A stretch of 64,000 nt of DNA, from positions 500,806 through 564,805 of the forward strand of contig NW_003314274.1 in the NCBI RefSeq assembly GCF_000143415.4. Reading direction: 5' to 3'. The position numbers were made by a program, and so were the translations under genes. This stretch comes from Selaginella moellendorffii. Lineage: Eukaryota; Plantae; Lycopodiophyta. Shown here in pieces: positions 1 through 10,076 of the stretch (positions are counted from its first letter, which is position 1; each line of letters begins with the position of its first letter). The notes under the pieces are model-generated. The model had not been told where the DNA came from. It saw only the letters and a list, made by a program, of their open reading frames with translations, and ran no database searches.

Positions 1-1680
1 AAGTGGCTTCAAAGGTGGCGTTGGTTTGGCCGCTCCGGTAGCTGCGTCCCACTCCTCAGCGTTTTGAGCAAGCGCCTGGTTGGCTGTCCTGCTGATGCTC
101 CCACTGTGGCCGTCCCAGATCACCTGCTTCGGCTCCTCCTTCTTCTTCTCGATCTCGGCCTTGACGGCATTGGAGACTTCCTCCTCGGTGGTGCCGAAGA
201 TGTCGGGCCTCAGCCGAGCCAGCCCCATGAGGTTCCGCGAGATCTCGTCGTCGGTAGCGAGCGTGCTCTCCCGCAGCTTGGCCATCATCCGCTCCTTCTG
301 CTCCTTGAACTTGGGGTCGATGAGCGAGATCCGCATGTGTTCCGCCATCTCGCTGATGGGGATCACCTCCGAAGTTATGGGAGAGATGACCATCCTGGTG
401 GGGTCCTTCTCGGTCGCCATCCTCTCCTCCGGCCTCTTCCAGTTCCTCACGATCCTCATCGGCGGCTCGTCCTCGTCCACCGGGACAATCACCTGGACAA
501 CCTCCTTGGCGTTGGCGGCCTCCTGCTGCCGGGCTGCGGCCTTGCGACTTTCCTCCACCAGGTGCATCTCCTCCTCGTCCATCTCCATCTCCACCTCCTT
601 GACCGCCCCCGCCCCCGTCTCCGCCGCCACCTCCTCGTCCGTCAGCGCCTTGCTCCTGCGGATCACCTCCTCCTGCGTCACCGGCGCCGGCAACGCGTCG
701 TCCTCCTCCTCCACGAAGTGGATCGTCTCCACCACCACGAAGTCGTGCCAGTCGATGCTGCTCATCATCATCCGCTCCTGCTCCTCCTCGTCCTCGGCCT
801 TCTGCCGCGCCTTCTCCTGCGATCTCTCCCACTCGAGCCGGTGGAGGCAGCGCTCCAGGATGGACATCTTGTCCGACAGGTCGCGCTTGAGCTTGTCCAG
901 GAGGCCCTTGGGCGGCAGCAGCACCTTGGAGTAGGAGTCCGTGAGGCCCGTGAAGGTGGTGAAGAGGCTGTGCTGCGGCTTGAGGAAGCTGAACTGGACG
1001 CTGTTGTGCTCCCGGCTCGTCAGCCCGGTAAGAAACGCCTTGCCATTCCTTGCCACGAACTGAGCCGTGAGTTTGATGATGTCCAGGTCCTGGCCCGTCA
1101 GCCCCTCGGGGAGCTTGAGGAGGAACTGCTCGGCCTCCGGCGGCTCCACCACCTTGGACGGCTGTATGAACTGCGAGATATCGAACTTCTGGGCCGCGGC
1201 AGCGGCGGCGGTGGCGGTGGCGGTGGCGGCGGCGGTGGCAGTGGCGGAGAGCGGTGGCTTGGATGGATCGGTGGCGGAAGAGGGCGGCGGCGGCGGAGGG
1301 GGGCCGTTGCCGCTCTTCTCCTCCGAGATCCGGTGCTGGTAGTAGGCGTGGTATGGGTCGGAGGAGTTGAGGAAGTTGAACTTGACGTTCTTCTGCTCGT
1401 TGGTCATGATCTTGCGCTCGAAATCCAGGCCATTCTTGGCGACGAAGTGGGCGGTCTTGTCGATGATGCTCCTGATGTCCGGGGGGGGATGGATCATACC
1501 TATGTTGCGGGTCTGCGAGGCCACTGTGGCGGGCTTGGCGCCGGTGATAACATCCGCCGCCGCCGCCGCATCCTCCATCTCCGTGTCCTCCGCCTTGACG
1601 AGCTGCGCGGGCGGGAGGGGGCCATCGATGTCGCCGGGCTTGGGCGCCGGAAGGGCGAGCACTTCGCCAATCCCCGGCAT
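1..1680 (-). CDS. SF3A1: Splicing factor 3A subunit 1 (SF3a120/PRP21), 3' end runs out of the window
   Basis: True frame is not in the ORF track because it has no stop in the window. ATG at 1680-1678 reads MPGIGEVLALPAPKP...IGMIHPPPDIRSIIDKTAHFVAKNGLDFERKIMTNEQKNVKFNFLNSSDPYHAYY (SURP1), then DLDIIKLTAQFVARNGKAFL...FSFLKPQHSLF (SURP2), IDWHDFVVVETI and SPITSEVIPISEMAEHMRISLIDPKFKEQ (PRP21-like). No intron in the visible part. Confidence 0.95.
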   Translation of the reverse strand, partial: MPGIGEVLALPAPKPGDIDGPLPPAQLVKAEDTEMEDAAAAADVITGAKPATVASQTRNIGMIHPPPDIRSIIDKTAHFVAKNGLDFERKIMTNEQKNVKFNFLNSSDPYHAYYQHRISEEKSGNGPPPPPPPSSATDPSKPPLSATATAAATATATAAAAAAQKFDISQFIQPSKVVEPPEAEQFLLKLPEGLTGQDLDIIKLTAQFVARNGKAFLTGLTSREHNSVQFSFLKPQHSLFTTFTGLTDSYSKVLLPPKGLLDKLKRDLSDKMSILERCLHRLEWERSQEKARQKAEDEEEQERMMMSSIDWHDFVVVETIHFVEEEDDALPAPVTQEEVIRRSKALTDEEVAAETGAGAVKEVEMEMDEEEMHLVEESRKAAARQQEAANAKEVVQVIVPVDEDEPPMRIVRNWKRPEERMATEKDPTRMVISPITSEVIPISEMAEHMRISLIDPKFKEQKERMMAKLRESTLATDDEISRNLMGLARLRPDIFGTTEEEVSNAVKAEIEKKKEEPKQVIWDGHSGSISRTANQALAQNAEEWDAATGAAKPTPPLKPL

Positions 1681-1914
1681 ACCTGCTTGGAAGAACCCTA
1701 ATCTGGGGCTTCGAGTGTTTAAAATGGTTAACGCTAAACGAAAGGAGTTTATAGGAGACGTTAAGAACTAAGACGTGTCGGCTTAGATGGTTAGAGCATA
1801 AGGCTGGCAAGGACGAGGTCGCGTATTCGAAACCTTGCATGCGTCGGAAATCGACTACTCTGACATGATTTTCCAGCGTACTCGTACCCACTCTTCAGAA
1901 GAAAGTTTGGGGAT

Positions 1915-3375
1915 ATGACCAATCACTACAACGAGGAGCACTCTACAGTGCCCCTTTTGCAGCATGGGAAACAAGTAAGCCTAGATTTCTATGGAAATCG
2001 CGCGCTGCCTTTGCGAACAGGGGGTGCTCGCTCCACTTTCCCAGTGCTTCTTTTCAATTGCCTCGCGGTTCTCTCGCTCTATGGCGTCTCTTACAACTTG
2101 GTCCTGTTCATGGTCTCCAAGCTCGGCCTTTCCAACGCGGCCGCGTCGAGCCAAGTTAGCATCTGGACGGGCGTTCATGATTTCTCCCCGCTGCTCGTCG
2201 CGTACATCTCCGATTCCTACCTGGGGACATTCGTGACAACTCTGGCCGGTTCTTTCGTTTTCTTTGGCGGACTAGCTCTGCTCTCACTCGCGGTCCTGTT
2301 CCTCGAGCACCAGGACTCGCCAAGTCTCGCCGTAACTTGGCTCTTCTTCGTGGCGCTCTACGTGGTTGCTCTGTCCAAGGGATTCGTAGCGTCGCTGCTG
2401 GCATTTGGAGCCGGGCAATTCGATGAGGAGGATCCGGTCGAGGCCGCGTCCAAGAGCTCCTACTTCAGCTGGTACTACTTTTGCTCCTCCATGGGTCTTC
2501 TCCTGGCGGTGCTGGGGGTGGTGTATATCGAAGATCGGATGGGATTTAGCACCGCTCTCTTCGTTTGCGGGGGTGCCATCCTCCTCGGGATTGCGGTCTT
2601 TTGCGGAGCTGCCAAGCTCTATAGATACGATTGCATCTTGACCGGAAACCCCTTTGCCAAGCTCTTGCACAAGGACTCCAGATCCAGCTTGGCGGGAATT
2701 CTCTGGGTGTGGCTGGGATCGGTGGTGTACGAGACCATGAAAGCTCAAACGTTCTCGCTCTTCGTCGAGCAGGCCGCGCTCATGGACACCAAAGTTGGCG
2801 GCTTTCGTATCCCGCCAGCTTCGCTCAACTCGTTTGATCCAATCAGCTTCCTGGTGTGGACGCTTGTCTATGATCGAGTCTTGGTCCCAGTGATGCGTCG
2901 AGCGACTGGGAATTCGCGGGGTTTCACGTTCTTCCAGAGGATGGGAGCTGGGCTTGTGGCGATGACCGCGGCCATGGCGTGCGCGGCTGTGCTGGAAACA
3001 GAGCGTCTCGCGAATTTCCATCGCCAGCGAGGGACCATCGTTTTGTGGCAAATCCCCCAGTTTGTGCTCATCGGCGGCTCCAAGGTGTTCTACTACGTGG
3101 GATTGGTGGAGTTTATCTATGAGCGAGCTCCCGAGAATCTGAGAACCCTGGGCGTGGGCATGGTGTTCTTCGCATCGTCAGTGGGGTGTTTTCTCTCGGG
3201 ATTTCTCGTGAGCATCACGTCGAGAATCACTGGCGAGCGAGGGTGGATCCCGCGGAACCTCAATGATGGGCATTTGGATTACTTCTTTTGGTTGCTTGCC
3301 GCTCTGGGCAGCGCAAACTGGCTCTTCTTCTTGGCCTATACAAACTTGAACGACTGGTCCAAAAGGAAACTATAG
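1915..3375 (+). CDS. NRT1/PTR family (NPF, POT) peptide/nitrate transporter, intronless
   Basis: 486-aa ORF with YGVSYNLVLFM, SDSYLG, AFGAGQFDEEDP, SSYFSWYYF, FVEQAALMD, IPPASL, QRMGAGL, WQIPQF, EFIYERAPE and NLNDGHLDYFFWLLA, which are hallmark NPF motifs. Confidence 0.93.
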   Translation: MTNHYNEEHSTVPLLQHGKQVSLDFYGNRALPLRTGGARSTFPVLLFNCLAVLSLYGVSYNLVLFMVSKLGLSNAAASSQVSIWTGVHDFSPLLVAYISDSYLGTFVTTLAGSFVFFGGLALLSLAVLFLEHQDSPSLAVTWLFFVALYVVALSKGFVASLLAFGAGQFDEEDPVEAASKSSYFSWYYFCSSMGLLLAVLGVVYIEDRMGFSTALFVCGGAILLGIAVFCGAAKLYRYDCILTGNPFAKLLHKDSRSSLAGILWVWLGSVVYETMKAQTFSLFVEQAALMDTKVGGFRIPPASLNSFDPISFLVWTLVYDRVLVPVMRRATGNSRGFTFFQRMGAGLVAMTAAMACAAVLETERLANFHRQRGTIVLWQIPQFVLIGGSKVFYYVGLVEFIYERAPENLRTLGVGMVFFASSVGCFLSGFLVSITSRITGERGWIPRNLNDGHLDYFFWLLAALGSANWLFFLAYTNLNDWSKRKL

Positions 3376-6025
3376 AGACTCCCTGGAATATCTAAATGCC
3401 AAAATAATAATATGCCTTTTGTGGCAAGATCCTCTTATATGTCAGTATTTGTGATGAATCAAACTTTTAATTTGTTATGTTTTTTTTGGACTTTGTGTGC
3501 CATGTTGGGATTCACTAGGCATTCATCATCATCAGGTAGAACAGGCAATGTTCGACTAGAAGAAAGAATATGAAAGAATATGGACATTGTGAGCAGTGAT
3601 TGGGTTATTGCAAATAAGATGCATCAAAGTTGATCAAAGATCAAAGTTGATGTGTAAAGTAAAAGTGACTGTGGTCTATTTAAATTTATCAGGTGGTTAA
3701 AATGTTTACACTAGCAAGAGAGATGTGAGTGTGACATATAAATTTATATGCAATCGAATGCAAATTTTGTAAGGCAGGTCCCACTATGATGCATTTCGCC
3801 AACTTTTGACCCTTCTAGTGATCTTGAGCATGAAGGATAAACATCCCTCTGGCCCTTGAAGGTCTTTATCTGGTGGCCTCTAGTTGTTGTTCTAGTTTTG
3901 AAAGCTAGAATTGCTACCTCTTTGCTAAGTGGTTAAGTGGTGGTAATGTGGGGTTTAAAGCATAATCCATGGCCATTCAAGTGTTCAAAGATCAATGTAA
4001 CCAATTCCATTGTTAACTCAGACCTCATCTTGGAAGCACAGAATGACATTGAAGGAGTCATACCACCCTCTTACTAGCAATGTCCCTTTTCAAAGTGAAG
4101 ATAGATAGATAGATATATGTTTTTATGGTCATTGTAGCACCTATTTGAGCATGGACCAGTTTTGAAGAGCCATGCAAGCAGCTATGATCCTAAAGGAAGA
4201 ACAAACCTCACATAAAGCAGGTAGTCTTTTATTGGATCTAGTCTCACTCTTTTTTAACAGGTTTCATCCCCAATCTAGGAGTTCAAAAGAGATTATATCA
4301 TGGAAATTATAGAAGTTATATGTTAAAATATATTATTCATTTGCAAGAATGTCTTTGAATTGTACTATGACAAATAATTTGTGATAATGGGAGGGGGAAG
4401 GTGCCAGAAAACCAAGGCAATATAAAAATATATATAAAAACTCAAGCTTTAAAATGCTTGAAAGAAGAAAGAGGGCCAAGTTGCAAAGTAGTGGCAAAAT
4501 TGATGGGAAAATCACAAGCCACCACATGTTGTGGAGTGTGAATTTAAGCCTTCTCTTGTTAAGGCTAAGGCTCCCTCAACATTGCGAACAAGCTACATGC
4601 TTGATTACCCCATTTGCCTTGTATCTCATTTTTATAGGACTTTAAGATATGTGACGGATATTCTATTCTCACTCTCATGTGTGCTAAACACTCTCACTGT
4701 GGTAAAGCTCTTAATAGGAAATAACTAGAAGATCAAGTGCCTTTGGCATGAAAAGAACCAATGGCCATTGATAATGCAATCAAAACAAATGCCCAAGAGT
4801 AACTATTGGAGCAAGAAAAAATTGAAAGAAAGAAACTATAAAATACAAAGAAAGAGTAAAAGATAGACTAAGAAGTGAAAAGGGAGGTGTAAAGTTTGGA
4901 GTCACAAAAGAAAACCACATGGGAAAAAATATAAAGCCAAATTGAAATATAGAAACTCACATAAAGTGACAAAGAAAATAAAGAATCTAATAAAAAGAAG
5001 AAAGAACTGAAAAAAGAGGAAATGTAGGCTAGGAGGAGAGAACACAAACTTGGTTCTCCAACTCAAATGCTCCCACATATCCCAAAAGTACCTTGCATTC
5101 CAAGTTTCAAGGTAAATGGAATGAATGAAATGGACTGAATTGAGAGCATTTTTTTGACAAATTTTCGCTGTCTGCAAAGTTCACTTTGACACAGTGACTT
5201 CCAGGCTATCCCTCTTCATCATCCTTCCACCACATTCATGAGCAAAAAGCACTTTGATCCTCCAATAGTGATGCTTTAACCGATTTGTGCAACATTAAGG
5301 TGAGGCAAAGAGATGGTGGAATCTATAGGTGATAAGAGTCAGCCACTTCGAAGGAGGGTGGCATTCACATGTTTCATATGATCATTTTCTTTGTCAATTT
5401 CTACGCTGAGATTGCACCATCAAGCATAGTCACCTAAACATCCATTTCTTTCGACCTTTCCATGTCACTCTTGTGGACACGAGCTCGTTCGTACTCTGCC
5501 TGCACAAAACAAATAAGTACTCAAGGGAAGGGTTACAGGTTTTCCAAATTTTGTTTTGTTGTGAGCTTGTTGGTGCATAAACAGTAAAAGGAATGTCAGT
5601 ACAATCGGCTAATCAAGCGAACTCGAATTAATTTCTATGTAAACTCTCTTGCTAAAAATATTTAAAAAGACCTTCTGGACCACCGCGTAAACTTGGAGAC
5701 AAGGCTGTGAAAATCACAACCAGTGGTACGAAAGGCTCTTGCTGAAAATGCGTACGTGCTCAAACCAGCTGGCTTTGTGAGCATACCCAAGATCAAGTCC
5801 ATTATTCGCTCAGAAGTACCTGAATGATATGTCCAGGAAATTGGAGTTATAGATGAGCTGTCATATTTTTGCTCAGATATTAAAATGTTTTTGGCATTAT
5901 CGATGATCATAATCAGCATGTATGCTTATAAGGTCGCCTTTGTTTGCTCCTATAGGCAGGGTAACGAGTAGTTACAGCTATTGCATGCAAAAGTGTCTAG
6001 AATCTGTGTATTTGCTGTAGTAGCT

Positions 6026-7070
6026 ATGGCTTCTGTTCTTCGACAGATGACAATGGGCGAGGCTAGCTTCCTTTCGCTGCTGACAGACATCATCGGCAAG
6101 ACGGAGAAGCTTCAAAACAATCCTCCAAATCTGATACCACAGGAATCGCTTGTTGTGACTAAGGTGCTTGAAGTGCCGAGCATCGACAACGGTGGACCTT
6201 TGCTCCTCAAACCAATCTATTTTCAAGGCCTTGAAAAAAGGAAGAACCTCATATCCTGGTGAAGAGCAAGATAGAATAGTCTCCATTGTTGGCTGTCATA
6301 TGGACGTGGTAGTGGCTGATCCGACCAAATGGGCAACTACTGCTCTTGCCTCTTGCAAATTGAGCTGATTACTAGCTGATAGTTGTTTGGTTTTCTTCAG
6401 GAACATTCGCCGTTTAAGTTAACCCAGCTTGAAGATGGCTATGGACGAGGCACTACAGATTGCCTCGGACATGTTGCATTAGTGACGCAGCTGTTGAAGC
6501 AGATGGCAGAAGCAAAGTTGAGGCTCAAAACAACTGTGGCAGCTGTGTTCATTGCAAACGAAGAGAATGCCACAGTCCTGGGCATTGGGACTGATGCACT
6601 AATGGATGCACATGAACTCGATTTCCTCAAAAATGGTCCTTTGTAAGTTCGAGGCTCTAGCCAATTGATTGAGCTTGCATACATGGTATTTTCGTTTTGT
6701 TTCTGCAGATATTGAATGGATTCCTCCGACAAACAGCCTTGCATTGGAACCGGTGGAATGCTTGCTTGGCATCTCACAGCTCATGGAAAACTTTCCCACA
6801 GTGGTCTACCAAAGCAGGTACATTGTACAGTACAGGAAAGTAATGCTCACCGTATCTAAAGCTCTTGGCAATGTGTCGCAGGGAATCCATGCAATTGAGC
6901 TTGCTTCTGAGGCACTGAAAGAAATTCAGGATTGTTTCTATAACGATTTTCCAAAGGTTGTTCCAGACCTCAACAATGAAGCCTACACAATGGACATGAC
7001 AGCAACCAGATTGTGGACTCTTAAGCTTGTTAAATTCTTCTTTGCAAGAAGACCCTGGGAGTGCAATTAA
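6026..7070 (+). pseudogene. Acetylornithine deacetylase (M20 peptidase, ArgE-like), frameshifted and 3'-truncated
   Basis: LQNNPPNLIPQE, then a frameshift near 6240-6260, then GCHMDVV, YGRGTTDCLGHVAL, FIANEEN, DSSDKQPCIGTGG, GKLSHSGLP and AIELASEALKEIQ, separated by short GT-AG introns. The C-terminal exons are absent. Confidence 0.85.
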
Positions 7071-7254
7071 TCAAATCCTATCGAGAATGTGGTTTAGTGT
7101 TTGTAACTAGGTCCAAAGAAGAGAGACACTCCAAAATTAATAGTGCATTGTGGTTGCAAAGATAATTTGTAATTAGCTCATATGGTTTTGCTAATTTTTG
7201 TTGCTGCATGTTGAATAGAAGAACATGTTTGATGAATTAACAGCCTTATATCCC

Positions 7255-7482
7255 AAAGATGGTGTGAAATGAGTCTCATGCCATCTTGATAAACACACAG
7301 CTGCAGGCAGGTAAAGAAACTATGGCAATATGCTAGTGATGAACTTGCAAGGCCCCAAGATGGCATGAGGCCTCATGCCATCTTGATATACACATAGCTG
7401 CAGGCAAATAAAAACATACATGACAATACGCTAGCCATGAAATTGCAAGGGCCCAAGATGGCATGTGGCCTCATGCCATTTC
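7255..7482. repeat. ~98-bp tandem repeat (about 2.3 units), each unit ending in the palindrome; includes the perfect 30-bp palindrome CAAGATGGCATGAGGCCTCATGCCATCTTG at 7356-7385
   Basis: Units share atcttgata.acaca.agctgcaggca...gctag..atgaa.ttgcaagg.cccaagatggcatg. Confidence 0.85.
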
Positions 7483-7569
7483 TAAATGTGGTCCTAAGCC
7501 ATTCCATGGTGAACATACCAGGAAGCACAAGTGCCGAATATCAAGAGGAAGCGGTAGCCACACCAAAGA

Positions 7570-7760
7570 CAGTGCCGCTCGCAACACCGCAACTATTCGT
7601 AGCACAGCTCGCAACACCGCAACTGCTCGTAGCGCTGCTTGCACAAACTGCCACTCGCATAAACTGCCGCTCGCAATGGCGCTCGCAATGCCGCAACCGC
7701 TCGTAGACGCATAAACCACAGCTCACAACGCCGCTTACACAAGTAGCGCTCATTGCGCTC
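7570..7760. repeat. Short GC-rich tandem repeats (gctcgcaacaccgcaact / cgctcgcaatg)
   Basis: Directly visible repeated 12-33-bp units. Confidence 0.7.
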
Positions 7761-8068
7761 AGCAAAACCAAGAACACGGCGCACAAAACTGATAGATCTA
7801 GGAATGAGTTTGAGAATTCAAAAATAACACACGCTTGAACGTCACATCAAATCCTCTGACAAACCAGATTTTATGATTCCTCTGACAAATTTCAAACTGA
7901 GTAGCTTCTAGACTTTGTTGTCGGACGTTGAACTTTGTCACATCATGTCCTTGCCTTGATCCAGCTGTGCCATGTCAGTGATTCGAACTTTGCCATGCCA
8001 TGTCAGCGATCCGCGCCAAGATTATTCGCCGTGTAAAGGAATAATTATGCTGTGTGTGTACGTCCATT

Positions 8069-9390
8069 TATGGCAATATAAGGCCACACGCCATTCAAAG
8101 AATAATGCTAGTCGAGCATTTTTTGGTGCATTTTTGGGTTCAAAATTGTATGAGCCCACACATTATAAAGTTTATCTTTGCCAAATAGAGAAACAGCTTT
8201 ATTTACTTGGGAATTTAAGTGGTTGAGGCATTTTTAAACTTACAAACACATGCCCTACTTACATTCCTTTGGTTACTTAAAATTCAAAAATATTATAAAC
8301 TTTTCTTTTTGCATTTTCAATGTTTTCAATTATGGTTTTTGATTTTTGCAAGACCAGCCTAGTAATCTATTTACATCCCGTCATGTTTATAGCTAGCTTT
8401 CGTTTGTCCCCTTCGCTAGCCTGAGATACATCTGCTCGGCATCTGCCTCTTACAGCATTTGCCCAGAAAGGGCATCTTTCTTCACACAGCATTTGCCACA
8501 TGTTTAGGGTTTAGGGTTTAGCAATTCAGTAGCTTGATAAACATGCAAATACAGAACTTGATGCAAAATCCTTTGATATGTCACAATGCCCCTAGGACCA
8601 TAAACACATTTCAATAGAAAGGGTCCTTTCATTTCATAACTCCTTACGTAGATCTTGGTGAAACTAGAGTTAGTGAAGTTGGTTTCTTGTGATCCCGCAT
8701 CTGATTGTGATGTCCCTTTGCAGTGTCAATGGAAAGGTCAATGCACACCAAACTGTAGAATCTTGGAGCAAAATAACGGTTGGATCTATGGCAAATGCCC
8801 CTGAAACATTGTAAGGCTCGTGTGGTCTCATGTAGTGTCCGATCGAGATGCTTCTCTGCAGGGTCATCAAGAAGGGCATTGTATACCATTCTGTAAAATC
8901 TAGTTGCGATCTAACGGTTGGATTTCCAGAAAACTCAAAAAAATCTCGCGCGTGTCAGAATATCCTAGGAATATACTTCTATGTGCCCCTGAAAATGGCA
9001 TGCGGCCCCACGCCATTCAAGAGATAACGCCAGATGACGCCAAGAATTTTTTGGTACATTTTTTGGGTTCAAAATTGCATGAGCCCACACGCTATAAAGT
9101 TTATCTTTGCCAAATAGAGAAAAGTTTATCTGTGTCATGTGAGGTAGTTACAGTCCTTTGTGCTCGGCATCTACCTCTTGCAGCATTTGCACTGAAAGGG
9201 AATTTTTCTCCATTCAGCATTTGGCTCTGAAAATGGCATGCACCCACACGCCATTCAAGGAATAACGCCACAGGACACCTAGACTTTTGGGTTTAAAATG
9301 TTTAGGGTTTTTTGGGTTTTTTCAAAATATTTCGGGTCCAACATTTTTTGGGTTTCTTTGGTTCAAAATTGCATGAGCCCACACGCTATA
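8069..9390. repeat. Dispersed ~130-bp direct repeat (8069-8195, 8994-9125, partial 9231-9390), each copy starting with the palindrome
   Basis: Shared ...cacgccattcaa.gaataa.gc...tttttgggttcaaaattg.atgagcccacac..tataaagtttatctttgccaaatagagaaa. Confidence 0.85.
8502..8521 (+). repeat. Interstitial plant telomere-type repeat (TTTAGGG)x2.7
   Basis: tttagggtttagggtttag. Confidence 0.6.
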
Positions 9391-10076
9391 ATATTGATTT
9401 GAGAGATAAATAGAAACAGATAGAATTTCTTTATTTAGCTGAACATCTGCCATTTTTGGAAATACAAGATGCTTTGGAATATCCAATCATGCATGGTATA
9501 AATATAGCGAGGGTATTAAATGATATGCCAATCATGATCTTTCTTTTGGATTTCGCGTGCATGCAGTCCAAGGAATGATGACGTTGTGGATTTCTTTTGG
9601 ATTTTGCGTGCTTGCATGCGCGCGGCAATCCAGAAATTAATGGTGGCGCCCAAGTCCGAGGAATGATGACGTTGCGGGATTACCAACTGTCGTGACATTT
9701 CGCGCGTGTGAGGTTAGGTTTTGCATTTTGCTTCGTACTCGCGCTCGCACACTTGCGCTCGCATCGCGCTCCCACTCGCGATCACGCTCACATTCGCACT
9801 CATCTACCTTCTCTACAGGTTTCTCGTGTGCATCGGCGTCCACTCGCGCTCGCATCGCGCTTGTGTGCATCGGCGTCCACTTCGAGACACACCCAGTTTA
9901 TAACTTCGCCGCCAACTCCACTGCCCACACGCAGCCCACTTGGCGTCCCGGGAGATTTCAGCGCCACTCTCCAACTGTAAGTGGCAGAGTAGCCTTGCTG
10001 CTACGATCTGCTGCACACACAGTGCACATTCGCCAGCGAGTCCGGCCTCGATTGTCACGCCTCCATTCGGCTTCGA

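Noticed and set aside
56-1891. 611-aa (-) and 545-aa (+) ORFs in the track
   Set aside because: Shadow frames of GC3-rich SF3A1. The real frame starts at 1680 and exits the window.
3400-5950. Short ORFs and exon-like pieces in AT-rich DNA
   Set aside because: No recognisable motifs; probably decayed repeats or fragments.
8640-8895. Exon-like minus-strand segment (AG...GT bounded) inside the palindrome element, as a transposase remnant
   Set aside because: No DDE, zinc-finger or other transposase motif recognisable.
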